From an uncultured Gammaproteobacteria bacterium (GTDB taxonomy: Bacteria; Pseudomonadota; Gammaproteobacteria; Arenicellales; JAANXG01): a stretch of DNA of 64,000 nucleotides. The notes beneath the pieces were generated by a model. That model saw only the letters and a program-made list of their open reading frames with translations. It was not told where the DNA came from and searched no databases. The stretch's first letter is position 1. Every line of letters begins with the position of its first letter. The stretch is from positions 81,962 through 145,961 of the forward strand of contig CAVSUY010000022.1 of NCBI GenBank assembly GCA_963731035.1, given 5' to 3'. The position numbers and the translations under genes were made by a program. Shown one piece after another: positions 28,621-39,058 of this stretch.

Positions 28621-28804
28621 CGAGCCGCGGTTCGGTTCTGTTTGGTACCCGCTCCCGTTTACAATCGGGAAAGCCCTGCCGTTTTCTCGAGCCGGGTCTT
28701 CGCTCTTCCCGGTTGCACGCATGCGTGGGTACCAAATGGGCCGTGCCGGGGCTGCATTCCATTGCAGTATAATTGCGCGTTCGTCTGCAGCGATCCGTTC
28801 ACCG

Positions 28805-31621
28805 ATGACTCAACGGCCATCCATGCCACACAAGAATCTCGAAAAAACCTACGATCCCCGCGACCTGGAACAGGACACCTACCGCCAGTGGGAAGAGGCC
28901 GGACTGTTCGCCCCCAGGGGAAACGGCACGCCTTACTGCATAATGATCCCGCCGCCGAACGTCACCGGCAGCCTGCACATGGGCCACGCCTTCCAGGACA
29001 CCGTCATGGACCTGCTGATCCGCTATCACCGCATGCGCGGAGACCGGACGCTGTGGCAGGCCGGCACCGATCACGCGGGCATCGCCACCCAGATGGTGGT
29101 GGAACGCCGGCTCGAGGAAGAAAGCAAGACCCGCCACGACATCGGCCGCGAGGCGTTCGTCAGGCGCGTGTGGGAGTGGAAAGGCGAGTCCGGCGGCACC
29201 ATCACCCGTCAGCTCAGGCGCATGGGCGCTTCTCTGGACTGGTCCCGGGAGCGCTTCACCATGGACGACGGACTGTCGCACGCGGTCCAGGAAGTGTTCA
29301 TCCGCCTGTACGACGAGGGGCTGATCTACAGGGGCAAGCGGCTGGTCAACTGGGACCCCAAACTACACACCGCCGTATCGGACCTGGAAGTGGTGTCGGA
29401 GGAGGAAGACGGGCACCTTTGGCATCTGCGTTATCCCCTGGTCGGCCGTCCCGGGGAATACGTGACGGTCGCCACCACCCGCCCGGAGACCATGCTCGGC
29501 GATACCGCCGTGGCGGTGCACCCCGACGACGAGCGCTACCAGCAACTGGTGGGAGCGCAAGTGCTCCTGCCGCTGGCAGAGCGCGAGATACCCGTCATCG
29601 CCGACGACTACGTCGATCCGGAGTTCGGCTCCGGTTGCCTCAAGATCACGCCGGCCCACGACTTCAACGACTACGAGGTCGCGCGCCGTCACGACCTGCC
29701 CATGGTCAACGTCCTGACGGTGGACGCCGCAATCGACCTGCCCGGCAGTCCGTACCACGGCCTGGACCGGTTCGAGGCGCGTGAAAGGATTGTCCATGAT
29801 CTCGAGGCCCGGCATCTGGTCGAGCGCGTCGAGCCTCATCGTCACACGATTCCCCGGGGAGACCGCTCCGGGGTAGTGATCGAGCCCTACCTCACCAACC
29901 AGTGGTTCGTGAAAGCAGCCCCGCTGGCGGAGGCGTCGATCAGGGCAGTCGAGGACGGGCGCATCCGTTTCGTACCGGACAACTGGCGACACACATTCTT
30001 CGAATGGATGCGCAACATCCAGGACTGGTGCATCTCCCGCCAGATCTGGTGGGGTCACAGGGTCCCGGCGTGGTACGACGATGCAGGCAATATCTACGTC
30101 GCCCGCGACCAGCAACAGGCCCGCGAGCAAGCGAAGGCCAGGCACGGAGGAGACGTCGAGCTGCGGCGCGACGAGGATGTGCTGGACACTTGGTTCTCCT
30201 CGGCTCTGTGGCCGTTTTCCACCCTGGGCTGGCCCGAGCAGACGCCGTTCCTCAAGATCTTCTACCCCACCAGTGTGCTGGTCACGGGCTTCGACATCAT
30301 CTTCTTCTGGGTCGCACGGATGATCATGTTCGGTCTGAAGTTCATGGACGACGAAGTGCCTTTCCACGAGGTCTACGTCCACGGTCTGGTGCGCGACGGC
30401 CACGGCCAGAAGATGTCCAAGTCCAAGGGGAACATACTCGACCCCCTGGATCTGATCGACGGGATCGATCTGGACTCCCTCGTCAGGAAGCGCACCACCG
30501 GGCTGATGCAGCCCAAGATGGCGGCGGCCATCGCGGAAGCCACGCGCCAGGAATTTCCGGATGGCATCTCCGCCTACGGCACCGATGCACTGCGGTTCAC
30601 CTTCGCCTCGCTGGCCACCACCGGCCGCAATATCAACTTCGACCTCGGCCGCATCGGCGGCAACCGCAACTTCTGCAACAAGCTATGGAACGCCGCGCGC
30701 TACGTTCTGATGAACACCACTGACGGGGAATGCGGGGGCGCATATATCGAGGCGGACCGCCTCAGTGTCGCGGACCGCTGGATTATCGCCAGGCTGCAAC
30801 AGGTAGCACACGAGGTGCACGGGGCCGTCGCCGGCTACCGCTTCGACAACATGGCCCGGGTGCTGCAAGGCTTCCTGTGGGACGAGTACTGCAGCTGGTA
30901 CCTGGAACTGAGTAAAGTGGTGTTGAACAACCCGGCCACACCCAAAGCGGAGCTGCGGGCGACGCGGCAAACCATGCTCCATGTCCTGGAGGCCAGCCTG
31001 CGGCTGCTCCATCCGATCATGCCGTTCATTACCGAGGTGCTCTGGCAAAGGCTGGTCCCGGTTGCCGGCATCGACGGCAGCAGCATCATGATCCAACCGC
31101 TCCCCTATTCGCGGGATGAATTGATCGATGCCGAGGCCCTCGCCGAGCTGACCTGGGTTCAAAACGTGATCGGTGCAGTGCGCAATATCCGTGGGGAAAT
31201 GAACATCGATCCTTCTCAGCGGGTGCCGGTGCTATTGATGGGCTTGTCCAGGCGCGAGCGGGCGTACCTCTCCGCCAATCGAGAGTTTCTGATGCGCTTC
31301 GGCAGGTTCAAGTCTGTCGAGACGGCGCCGGACGGCGCCCCGACGGAAGGCTCCGCTACCGCCCTGGTGGGTGGGGCGACAGTGTTGGTGCCCTTGGGCG
31401 ACATCATCGACAAGCAGGTGGAGCTGGGGCGACTGCACAAGGAGCTCACCCAGATGGACAGGGATCTGCAACGCACGCGCGGCAAGCTCGACAACCCGGG
31501 TTTCGTGCAGAAAGCGCCCCGGGATGTCGTCGACAAGGAGCGCGCCCGCCTGGAAGACTTGACCCAGGCGGTGGCAAAGATCCAGGGCCAGATGAAGAAG
31601 GTCGACGCCCTGCCGGACTGA
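28805..31621 (+). CDS. valS: Valine--tRNA ligase
   Basis: [13 protein letters not shown] (HIGH) and KMSKSKGN (KMSKS) motifs, plus a C-terminal coiled coil. The start is ATG 28805 or 28823. The ORF is open from 28721. Confidence 0.95.
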   Translation: MTQRPSMPHKNLEKTYDPRDLEQDTYRQWEEAGLFAPRGNGTPYCIMIPPPNVTGSLHMGHAFQDTVMDLLIRYHRMRGDRTLWQAGTDHAGIATQMVVERRLEEESKTRHDIGREAFVRRVWEWKGESGGTITRQLRRMGASLDWSRERFTMDDGLSHAVQEVFIRLYDEGLIYRGKRLVNWDPKLHTAVSDLEVVSEEEDGHLWHLRYPLVGRPGEYVTVATTRPETMLGDTAVAVHPDDERYQQLVGAQVLLPLAEREIPVIADDYVDPEFGSGCLKITPAHDFNDYEVARRHDLPMVNVLTVDAAIDLPGSPYHGLDRFEARERIVHDLEARHLVERVEPHRHTIPRGDRSGVVIEPYLTNQWFVKAAPLAEASIRAVEDGRIRFVPDNWRHTFFEWMRNIQDWCISRQIWWGHRVPAWYDDAGNIYVARDQQQAREQAKARHGGDVELRRDEDVLDTWFSSALWPFSTLGWPEQTPFLKIFYPTSVLVTGFDIIFFWVARMIMFGLKFMDDEVPFHEVYVHGLVRDGHGQKMSKSKGNILDPLDLIDGIDLDSLVRKRTTGLMQPKMAAAIAEATRQEFPDGISAYGTDALRFTFASLATTGRNINFDLGRIGGNRNFCNKLWNAARYVLMNTTDGECGGAYIEADRLSVADRWIIARLQQVAHEVHGAVAGYRFDNMARVLQGFLWDEYCSWYLELSKVVLNNPATPKAELRATRQTMLHVLEASLRLLHPIMPFITEVLWQRLVPVAGIDGSSIMIQPLPYSRDELIDAEALAELTWVQNVIGAVRNIRGEMNIDPSQRVPVLLMGLSRRERAYLSANREFLMRFGRFKSVETAPDGAPTEGSATALVGGATVLVPLGDIIDKQVELGRLHKELTQMDRDLQRTRGKLDNPGFVQKAPRDVVDKERARLEDLTQAVAKIQGQMKKVDALPD

Positions 31622-31660
31622 GCCCCCCATGCGGCGCCCGGTGAGGTCAGGCGGCGGGAT

Positions 31661-32005
31661 CTACGCCAGCCGGGCGCCGTTCGGGACCTTGCGCTCCGGG
31701 ACGGCGATGACCACGTGGCCGTCTTCCTGGTGGAAGCCGGTGAGAAGGAACTGCGAGCGCACGGGCCCTATCTGTTTGGTGGGAAAATTCACAACACCAA
31801 GGATCTGCCGTCCCTGAAGCTCTTCCTTGGTATACAGGTCCGCGATCCGGGCGCTGGTCTTGAGCTCGCCGATCTTCGGGCCAAAGTCCACGGTGACCTT
31901 GTAGGCGGGCTTGTGAGCCTCGGGAAAGTCCTCCACCCGGATGATGGTTCCCGCACAGAGCTTCACGCGCTCGAAATCGTCCCAGCTTATGGTTTCGTCA
32001 GTCAT
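31661..32005 (-). CDS. CsaA/YgjH-like tRNA-binding domain protein
   Basis: 114 aa. An OB-fold tRNA-binding domain pattern ([27 protein letters not shown] ... GVVNFP). Confidence 0.75.
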   Translation of the reverse strand: MTDETISWDDFERVKLCAGTIIRVEDFPEAHKPAYKVTVDFGPKIGELKTSARIADLYTKEELQGRQILGVVNFPTKQIGPVRSQFLLTGFHQEDGHVVIAVPERKVPNGARLA

Positions 32006-32071
32006 ATCGCGGTTCGGAATTTCGGAGGGAAGTCCCGATTGTTGTTGTCGGTCAGTGAAGACGGTGCCGGA

Positions 32072-33022
32072 TTATACCCACGGCAATCGATCCAGGTCGA
32101 CATTTCCTCCGGAGAAGATCACCCCGACGCGGCCGCCGGCCGCGTCGACCTTGTCATGGAGCAGGGCCGCCATCGGTACCGCCGCGGAGGGTTCCACCAC
32201 CAACTTCATGCGTGTCCAGACGAATCGCATGGCGTCCACGATTTCCGATTCCTCCACGGTTACGACCTCATGGACATGGCGCGAGATGATTTGGAACGTC
32301 TTCTCCCCAACCGTCGTCAGCAGGCCGTCGGCGATGGAGGTTCCTCCGGGTACCGGGACGATGTGCCCCGCACGAAAGGACCGCCAGGCATCGTCCACTC
32401 CCTTCGGCTCCACACCGATCACTCGGGTGGAGGGATTGAGATAGTGCGCGGCAAGCGCCACACCGCTGATCAAACCGCCACCGCCGATTGGCACCACCAC
32501 CAGGTCGAGGTTATCCACCTGCTCCAGCAGCTCCAGCCCCGCCGTGCCCTGGCCGGCGATAACGCGGTAGTCGTCGAAGGGATGAACCAGATGGGCTCCG
32601 GTGTCCCTGATCACGCGTTCGAGCACCTCCTGCCGATTGGCAGGGTCGCTGGAACAGTGGACGATGCGCCCACCATATCCCTGGACTGCTTCGATCTTCA
32701 CCCGGGAAGCAGTCTCTGGCATCACGATATAGGCGGCGGCGCCGCGAACGCTCGCCGCCAGGGACAGTGCGGCCCCGTGGTTGCCGGAAGAGTGAGTGGC
32801 AACGCCGCGGGCAATCTGATCGTCACCCAGGGACAACACGGCATTGGTCGCGCCCCGGATCTTGAACGCGCCGATCTTCTGCAGGTTCTCGCATTTGCAG
32901 AACACGGATGCGCCGGCGCGCTGATCGACGTGCCGGCTGGTCATGACCGGCGTGCGATGGATGTGGGGGATGATTCTGGTGTGCGCGGCCTGGATGTCCT
33001 CCAGGGAAGGAATGTTGCTCAC
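32072..33022 (-). CDS. PLP-dependent serine/threonine dehydratase family enzyme
   Basis: PLP-lysine motif GAFKIRGA, glycine loop GGGGLISG. 316 aa with no ACT domain. Confidence 0.8.
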   Translation of the reverse strand: MSNIPSLEDIQAAHTRIIPHIHRTPVMTSRHVDQRAGASVFCKCENLQKIGAFKIRGATNAVLSLGDDQIARGVATHSSGNHGAALSLAASVRGAAAYIVMPETASRVKIEAVQGYGGRIVHCSSDPANRQEVLERVIRDTGAHLVHPFDDYRVIAGQGTAGLELLEQVDNLDLVVVPIGGGGLISGVALAAHYLNPSTRVIGVEPKGVDDAWRSFRAGHIVPVPGGTSIADGLLTTVGEKTFQIISRHVHEVVTVEESEIVDAMRFVWTRMKLVVEPSAAVPMAALLHDKVDAAGGRVGVIFSGGNVDLDRLPWV

Positions 33023-33099
33023 GAAGCTCTACGGTGGATGAAAGGACGGGTTGTGGAGGGTACTTCAAATCGGCGCTGGAACAAAGATCGATGGCGGCT

Positions 33100-33192
33100 G
33101 AAGCCGCTCCTGCAATCCGGGGATCGGCGGCATCCAGGGTGCGCCCCGGCGCAGAACCACGGTTTGTAGGAGCGCATTCATTCGCGATGCGG
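33100..33192. repeat. REP-like element: GAAGCCGCTCCTGCAATCCG (33100-33119) and inverted partner TGTAGGAGCG (33165-33174) plus small hairpin CGCAT..ATGCG
   Basis: Intergenic, between the dehydratase start and the rsmE stop. The 20-mer recurs at 42346-42365 with one mismatch. Confidence 0.6.
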
Positions 33193-33193
33193 T

Positions 33194-33922
33194 TCAGCGC
33201 GACGCCAAAGCCAGCACCGCGGCGACGACAGCGGCGGTCTCGACGCGCAGAACATTGCCACCGAGGTTCACCGGACTGGCGCCGGCGGCGCGCAGGACGC
33301 CGATCTCCGCGTCGGTGAACCCCCCTTCCGGTCCGATATACAGGTGGAAGGCTCCTCGCCCGGGCAGCGGCGCCTGGATAGCGGAACCATTGACGTCGGC
33401 AAAGGCGATCCCGCCGCCCGCCTCAACCTGGGCCAGCGACGCCTGCACGCCGCGCGGCTCGTCTATCCGCGGGAGGTACGGGTTGCGGCTTTGCTTGCAG
33501 GCTTCGATCGCGATGCGCCGCCAGCGGTCGGATGCGGAGCGTCTCGGTTTCACCGCACTGCGCTCGCAGATCAGGGGCTCGATTCCCGCGACGCCGATCT
33601 GAGTCAGCATGTCGATCAGGGTACGGAACCGTTCGCCCTTGGGCACGGCAGTGGCAACAAAAACCAAGAGCTTCGGCGGCGGTATCCGGATCCGCTCGCG
33701 AACCGCAAACGTCAAGCTCCGATGGGACGCGGTTTCGACCACGGCCAGAGCCCGGACGCCCTCACCGTCGATCAACCCGATCTCGTCCCCCACTCGAATG
33801 CGCCGTGCTGCGCCGGCATGGTGGGTCTCCCCTTCGTCGAGTGCTCCCTTCTGGCCCGCCGCCGGTACCTTACGGCAAAAGAAGCAGGGACCGCTGTCAT
33901 TGCCCGTCGCCATGGGCCTCAC
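33194..33922 (-). CDS. rsmE: 16S rRNA (uracil1498-N3)-methyltransferase
   Basis: 242 aa. PUA-like N-terminus with HH...R.R.GD, and the C-terminal GPEGGFTDAEI ... LG.NVLRVETAA motif. Confidence 0.85.
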   Translation of the reverse strand: MRPMATGNDSGPCFFCRKVPAAGQKGALDEGETHHAGAARRIRVGDEIGLIDGEGVRALAVVETASHRSLTFAVRERIRIPPPKLLVFVATAVPKGERFRTLIDMLTQIGVAGIEPLICERSAVKPRRSASDRWRRIAIEACKQSRNPYLPRIDEPRGVQASLAQVEAGGGIAFADVNGSAIQAPLPGRGAFHLYIGPEGGFTDAEIGVLRAAGASPVNLGGNVLRVETAAVVAAVLALASR

Positions 33923-34632
33923 CGCGGGAAATGATAAACGTCGTAGCAGACCAGCTTGCCGCCCATGACGTCGTCGGGCTTGCCGAAGACGGGCGCGGCA
34001 TGATCGGGACGCTTGACGACGATTCTGCGGGCCGCCGCGACGGCAGCGACCTCGAACAGCCGATGCCTGTCCGGATCATCGCCCACCAGTTCCCGCAGCA
34101 GGCGCATGGGGCGCTTCGCCAACGTGGACGATCGCGGTTTCGGCGGGAACATCGGATCCAGGTAGACGCAGTCCCAACTTCCAGAACTCGCAGCGAGCAC
34201 CTCGATAGCGTCCCCCGCAATGATCCGGGGAACGTGCCGCTTTCCCGCGTCCCGTGCCCGCGACGCGGCATCCTCCAGGAGCGCCGCGAGGACCGGACTG
34301 CGTTCCACTGCCGTCACGGTATACCCCATCGCGCACAATCTGCGCGAATCGTCGCCCCAGCCCGCCGTAGCATCGACCACGGTCCGGATTCTGTGTCCCA
34401 CGGCCCGCCCCAGGGGCTGCTTTCGGGAGGGCGACTCGACCGTTTCGAAATCCGCGCGCAGCAACCTCGATCCCCGTTGCCGGTTGTCACGGAGCCACAC
34501 GCCTCCCTCTTCCACCAGGACAGACAGATCCGCCCCGGTCGGGTCATCCGGCCCAGCGCAGGCCAGGCCCAGCGAACGCGCCAAGGAGCAGGCACGGTGG
34601 GAATCCACCGGCGAGCGGTACGCCACCTCCAC
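33919..34632 (-). CDS. rsmJ: 16S rRNA (guanine1516-N2)-methyltransferase
   Basis: VVDATAGWGDDS ... VYLDPMFP ... VVKRP motifs. The proposed GTG start at 34632 avoids overlap with the upstream ATPase. The ORF is open to 34752. Confidence 0.8.
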   Translation of the reverse strand: MEVAYRSPVDSHRACSLARSLGLACAGPDDPTGADLSVLVEEGGVWLRDNRQRGSRLLRADFETVESPSRKQPLGRAVGHRIRTVVDATAGWGDDSRRLCAMGYTVTAVERSPVLAALLEDAASRARDAGKRHVPRIIAGDAIEVLAASSGSWDCVYLDPMFPPKPRSSTLAKRPMRLLRELVGDDPDRHRLFEVAAVAAARRIVVKRPDHAAPVFGKPDDVMGGKLVCYDVYHFPR

Positions 34633-34649
34633 GGAAGGCAGCGGAGCCG

Positions 34650-36656
34650 TCAATCGTCGCCTGACAGAAGATGACACGACGCGTAGTGGGACGTTCCGAC
34701 CGCGCTGCGTCCGGGATAGCGCTCCCGGCACACGTCCATGACCTCCGGGCAACGAGGATGGAAGTAGCAGCCCTTCGGCGGCTCGGACGGCGACGGCATG
34801 TCCCCCTGCAGGCGGATTATGTTGCGTTTATTGTCCATATCGATGGTCGGAACCGCGGACAACAAAGCCTTGGTATACGGGTGGCTGGGCCGGGTCAACA
34901 CCGTCTCAACCGGACCCTGCTCCACGATCCGACCCAGGTACATCACCGCTACCTCGTGGGCCAGATACGCCACCACCGACATGTTGTGGGTGATGAACAG
35001 GTAAGACAGCTCCAGCTTGTCCTGCAGGTCCTTGAGCAGGTTCAGGATCTGCGCCTGTACCGAGACGTCCAGCGCACTGGTGGGCTCGTCGCAGACTATC
35101 AGCTTGGGATCCACGGCCAGCGCCCGCGCGATGCATATACGCTGCCGCTGGCCGCCGGAAAATTCGTGCGGGTAGCGGTTCGCGCTGTCTGCTTCCAGGC
35201 CTACCATCTCGAGCAGTTCGGCAACCCGGGACCGCCGCGACGCAGATCCGGCCAGGCGCTGGGCGCGCAATCCTTCGGCGATGATGTCGCCCACCAGCAT
35301 ACGCGGGTTCATCGAGGCGAAGGGGTCCTGGAATATGATCTGGAATTCTGTACGGCGCCGTCGCAACTCGGATGCGGACATCGTCGTCAGCTCCTCGCCG
35401 CCGAATCGTACGCGTCCCGCCGTGGGCGGAATCAGCTGCAGGACCCCCTTCCCGACAGTGGTCTTGCCGCAGCCCGACTCGCCCACCAGGGCCAGGGTGC
35501 GCCCCGTGGGAATGTCGAGGTCGACGTCATCCACGGCGTAGACATGGCCCACCGTGCGCTTGAACACACCGGCCTTGATCGGGAAGTGCACTTTCAGGCC
35601 CGATACCTCAAGCAACACTTTGCCGGGGGCCGGTCGGCGCCCGGCCACGGGCTCGACGACCGCGCCGGGGCGAAGCTCGACCGGCGTGCGGCCCGCGGTG
35701 TACAGATGGCACGCTACCTGCCCGCCCTCCACAGTTGTCATGCCTGGGTCCTTTTCGCGGCACACCTCCATCACGTAGTCGCAGCGCGGGGCGAATCGGC
35801 AGCCTTTGAAGTCCGTCCTCAGGGAAGGCACAAAGCCTTCGATCACGTGCAATGGCTGGTTGCGCTTGTTCATGGCCGGCAGCGAATCGAACAGCTTGCG
35901 GCTGTAGGGATGCCTGGGTTTGGCGAAGAAGGTCGCACGGTCGGCCTGCTCGATGATCCGACCCGCATACATCACCGCGACACGGTCCGCCATCTCCGCC
36001 ACCACGCCGAGGTCGTGGGTGATCAGCATCACCGCCATCCCCCGCTGCGCCTGCAGCTCGCGGATGATATCCAGCACCTGGGCCTGGATGGTGACGTCCA
36101 GGGCGGTGGTGGGCTCATCGGCGATCAGCAGCTCGGGCTCGTTAGCCAGGGCAATGGCGATCATCACCCTCTGCTTCATGCCGCCTGAGAGCTGGTGGGG
36201 ATACTCGTCGACACGGTGTGCGGGATTGGGGATGCCGACGGAACGCAGCAGCTCCACGGCCTTTTCCTTCGCCTTGTTACCAGTCAGTCCCTGGTGCACA
36301 CGCAACGACTCGCGAATCTGGTCGCCCACCGTCAGCACGGCGTTCAAAGACGTCATGGGCTCCTGGAAGATCATGGATATGCCGCTGCCGCGAATGCGCC
36401 GCATGTCCATCTCCGGGAGCGTCAGCAGATCCTGGCCCATGTACACGACCCGGCCCTCGCGCACCCGGCCCGCGGCCGGCAGCAGCCGCATCAGGGTCAG
36501 GGCGGTCATGGACTTGCCGCAGCCGGACTCGCCGAGCAGGGCCAGGGTCTCGCCCTCATCGATGCTGAAATCGACGCCGTCCACCGCCTTCACCGGCGAC
36601 GGCGACCCGCCGAGATACATGCGGAGGTCCTCGACCTGCAACACGGTTTGGCTCAT
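34650..36656 (-). CDS. ABC transporter ATP-binding protein with two ABC domains (YejF/GsiA-like, peptide/opine/nickel family)
   Basis: ATG at 36656 gives MSQTVLQVEDL. Two Walker A motifs (GESGCGKS, GESGCGKT), two LSGG signatures and oligopeptide-type C-terminal extensions. ATGA overlap with the permease stop. Confidence 0.9.
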   Translation of the reverse strand: MSQTVLQVEDLRMYLGGSPSPVKAVDGVDFSIDEGETLALLGESGCGKSMTALTLMRLLPAAGRVREGRVVYMGQDLLTLPEMDMRRIRGSGISMIFQEPMTSLNAVLTVGDQIRESLRVHQGLTGNKAKEKAVELLRSVGIPNPAHRVDEYPHQLSGGMKQRVMIAIALANEPELLIADEPTTALDVTIQAQVLDIIRELQAQRGMAVMLITHDLGVVAEMADRVAVMYAGRIIEQADRATFFAKPRHPYSRKLFDSLPAMNKRNQPLHVIEGFVPSLRTDFKGCRFAPRCDYVMEVCREKDPGMTTVEGGQVACHLYTAGRTPVELRPGAVVEPVAGRRPAPGKVLLEVSGLKVHFPIKAGVFKRTVGHVYAVDDVDLDIPTGRTLALVGESGCGKTTVGKGVLQLIPPTAGRVRFGGEELTTMSASELRRRRTEFQIIFQDPFASMNPRMLVGDIIAEGLRAQRLAGSASRRSRVAELLEMVGLEADSANRYPHEFSGGQRQRICIARALAVDPKLIVCDEPTSALDVSVQAQILNLLKDLQDKLELSYLFITHNMSVVAYLAHEVAVMYLGRIVEQGPVETVLTRPSHPYTKALLSAVPTIDMDNKRNIIRLQGDMPSPSEPPKGCYFHPRCPEVMDVCRERYPGRSAVGTSHYASCHLLSGDD

Positions 36657-38078
36657 TCCACGCCTCGCAAGCGGGGATCGAACGCGTCCCGCACGGTATC
36701 GGAGAAGAGATTGGCCGACAGCACCAGCACGAACATGAACACGAAAGCGGCCAGCAGCGACCACCATACGATGGGGTCGCGCGCCATCTCCAGCCTGGCG
36801 CTGTTGATCATGTTGCCCCAGCTGTTCATGGTGGGGTCGACGCCGATCTGCACGTAGGACAGCACCGCCTCGGCCAGATACCAGGCTGCTGAAGTCCAGC
36901 ACCACCGTGATCAACACGATGTGCATGACATTTGGAAGCAGGTGCCGGAACATGATCGTGGACTTGCGCACTCCCAATGCCCGCGCCGCCTCCACATAGT
37001 CGATCTCGCGCAGCTTCAAGGACTCGGCGCGCAGGTAGCGGCAAAGGCCGGTCCAACTCGTGATCCCGAGGATCAGGCACAGGAACAGCAGCCGCAGATC
37101 GGCACGCTCCGCGACACTGTTGAACTCAGAAGCGTGGTTGGACAGGTAGACCTGCAACATCAGTATCGCGGCGGCAATCAGCAGTACGCCGGGGATGGAA
37201 TTCAATGTCGTGTACAGGTACTGGACCACGTCGTCCACCCAACCGCCCAGGTAGCCCGCCATGATGCCCAGCGCCAGGGCGAAAGGCAGCATTACGAGGG
37301 TAGTCAGGGTGCCGATCATCAAGCCGGTGCGGATGCTCTTCAGAGTCTGGTAAAAGACGTCCTCGCCCACCTTGTCGGTGCCGAAGATGTGGTATTCGAC
37401 GGACAATGTGGCGCTCATTCCCACCAGCACACAGAGCACGGCAAGGGTTATCAGTGCCGCGCGCCAACGGAACTCTGTGCGGTTGGAGGCGACGAGCACG
37501 AACGCCCGCTTGAGGGAGTAGCGGTGCGCCCAGCCCCACAGTGCGCAGAACGCGACCACGCACAGAGCCCACACCAGAATGCCCTCCGCCGCGCCCCGTT
37601 GCGAGCGCGCCAGGATGTCGGCTCCCCGGGCGCCCGGACTGGCCAGGTCGGCGCCGCCGTATTCCAGGCGCGGATACATGCGCGTTTCGGTGCCGTCCGG
37701 CATCCGGACGTGCTCCTTGGAGTAGAGGTGGACGGCGAATGGTGCCGAGTAGGTCTTCTCGCTGCGCTCGCGCAGGCCCGACACCATCCGGTCGAAGACG
37801 CTGATGATCTCATTGGAATAGGCCGCCTGGTGCCGGCCCACCTGGTTCTCGGCCTGGGATTGAACCTGATCCAGGGCCGGCCGGTAATGGATGGAATCCA
37901 ACAGGCCGATGACCACGTAGGCCAGCAGTATCACCAGCGCCGACATGGCCACGCGGCTGCGGCCGACCTGCCGCCACGGCGCGCGCAGGTGTTCCCTGCC
38001 GCGGGCGTACCAGGCGAAGCCGACCGCCATGGCGAGCAGCAGGTAGATCAACGCGTCGGTCCAGAACAGGGCGAACAT
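36653..38078 (-). pseudogene. ABC transporter permease (YejE/OppC-like), frame break near 36878
   Basis: The N-terminal and middle parts lie in the frame starting at 38078 (...MFRHLLPNVMHIVLITVVLDFSSLV). The conserved C-terminus AEAVLSYVQIGVDPTMNSWGNMI...RDAFDPRLRGVE is in the frame of ORF 36653..36865. Removing one base near 36878 joins them. Confidence 0.8.
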
Positions 38079-38080
38079 GG

Positions 38081-39058
38081 CTACTCCAGCCGCACCCGCG
38101 GATCCACGAGGGTGTAGGAGATATCCGTGAGCAACAAGCCCAGGATGTATAACACCGACCCGAGAAACACCATCGCCCGCACGATGGCGAAGTCCTGGCT
38201 CTGGATCGCGTGGATCGTGTAGCTGCCCAGGCCCGGGATGCCGAAGAACGATTCCATGATCAGGCTGCCCATGAACAGCAGGGGCAGTATCACCACCACG
38301 CCGGTCAATATCTGGATCAAAGCGTTCTTGAGCACGTGCTTGAACAGTACCCGGGGCTCAGCCAGGCCCTTGGCGCGTGCCGTGCGAACGTAGTCCTTGC
38401 CGATTTCTTCCAGGAAGATCGTGCGATACCAGCGTGTGCTCTGTCCGATCCCCGCGACGACGCCGATAATCACCGGGAGTATCAGGAACTTAAGGGCGTC
38501 CCAGCCGGTGTCATAGCCGGAGATCGGAACCAGGTGGAACACCTTGCTCAGTATGTACTGCCCCGCGATGATGTAGAACAAGGAGGAAATGGACAGCAGA
38601 ATGACGCACAACACCACGCCCCAGAAATCCAGGAACGTGCCCCGGAAGAAGGCAATGAGCAATGCGAAGGTAATGTTCACCATCAGCCCCACGAGCAGGG
38701 TTGGCACGGCGATGGCGAGGCTCGGCCACATCCGCTGGCTGATGTCGTAGCCGATATCACGGCCGCTGTCCGAGCGTCCGAAATCGAACACGAACAGCTT
38801 CAAGGACTTGCGGAAGAAAATCGTCCGGGTGAACTTGTCGAGACCCGTTTGCGCGGAATTGAACGCCACCGGCAGGTCGTAGCCGTGCTCCGCCTTCCAG
38901 CTGTCCACGGCCTCCTGGGTGACCCGGCGTTCGCCCAACTGGGAGCGGGCAATGTCGTCCGGACTGTTGACGACGAAGAACAGCGTGAAGGTAATCAGGT
39001 TGACGCCGATCAGTATGGGTATGGCGTACAGGGCGCGCCGGATGATATACGCGATCAT
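38081..39058 (-). CDS. ABC transporter permease (YejB/OppB-like)
   Basis: ATG at 39058 gives MIAYIIRRALYAIPILIGVNLITF. EAA-loop region ARAKGL. ATGA overlap with the binding-protein stop. Confidence 0.9.
   Translation of the reverse strand: MIAYIIRRALYAIPILIGVNLITFTLFFVVNSPDDIARSQLGERRVTQEAVDSWKAEHGYDLPVAFNSAQTGLDKFTRTIFFRKSLKLFVFDFGRSDSGRDIGYDISQRMWPSLAIAVPTLLVGLMVNITFALLIAFFRGTFLDFWGVVLCVILLSISSLFYIIAGQYILSKVFHLVPISGYDTGWDALKFLILPVIIGVVAGIGQSTRWYRTIFLEEIGKDYVRTARAKGLAEPRVLFKHVLKNALIQILTGVVVILPLLFMGSLIMESFFGIPGLGSYTIHAIQSQDFAIVRAMVFLGSVLYILGLLLTDISYTLVDPRVRLE

Noticed and set aside
34650-38078. A 1142-aa ORF suggesting a natural permease + double-ATPase fusion protein
   Set aside because: The junction segment has no permease or ATPase character. 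The true permease C-terminus, with its stop in an ATGA overlap with the ATPase start (36653-36656), is present in another frame. This is a read-through artefact of a single-base frame break.
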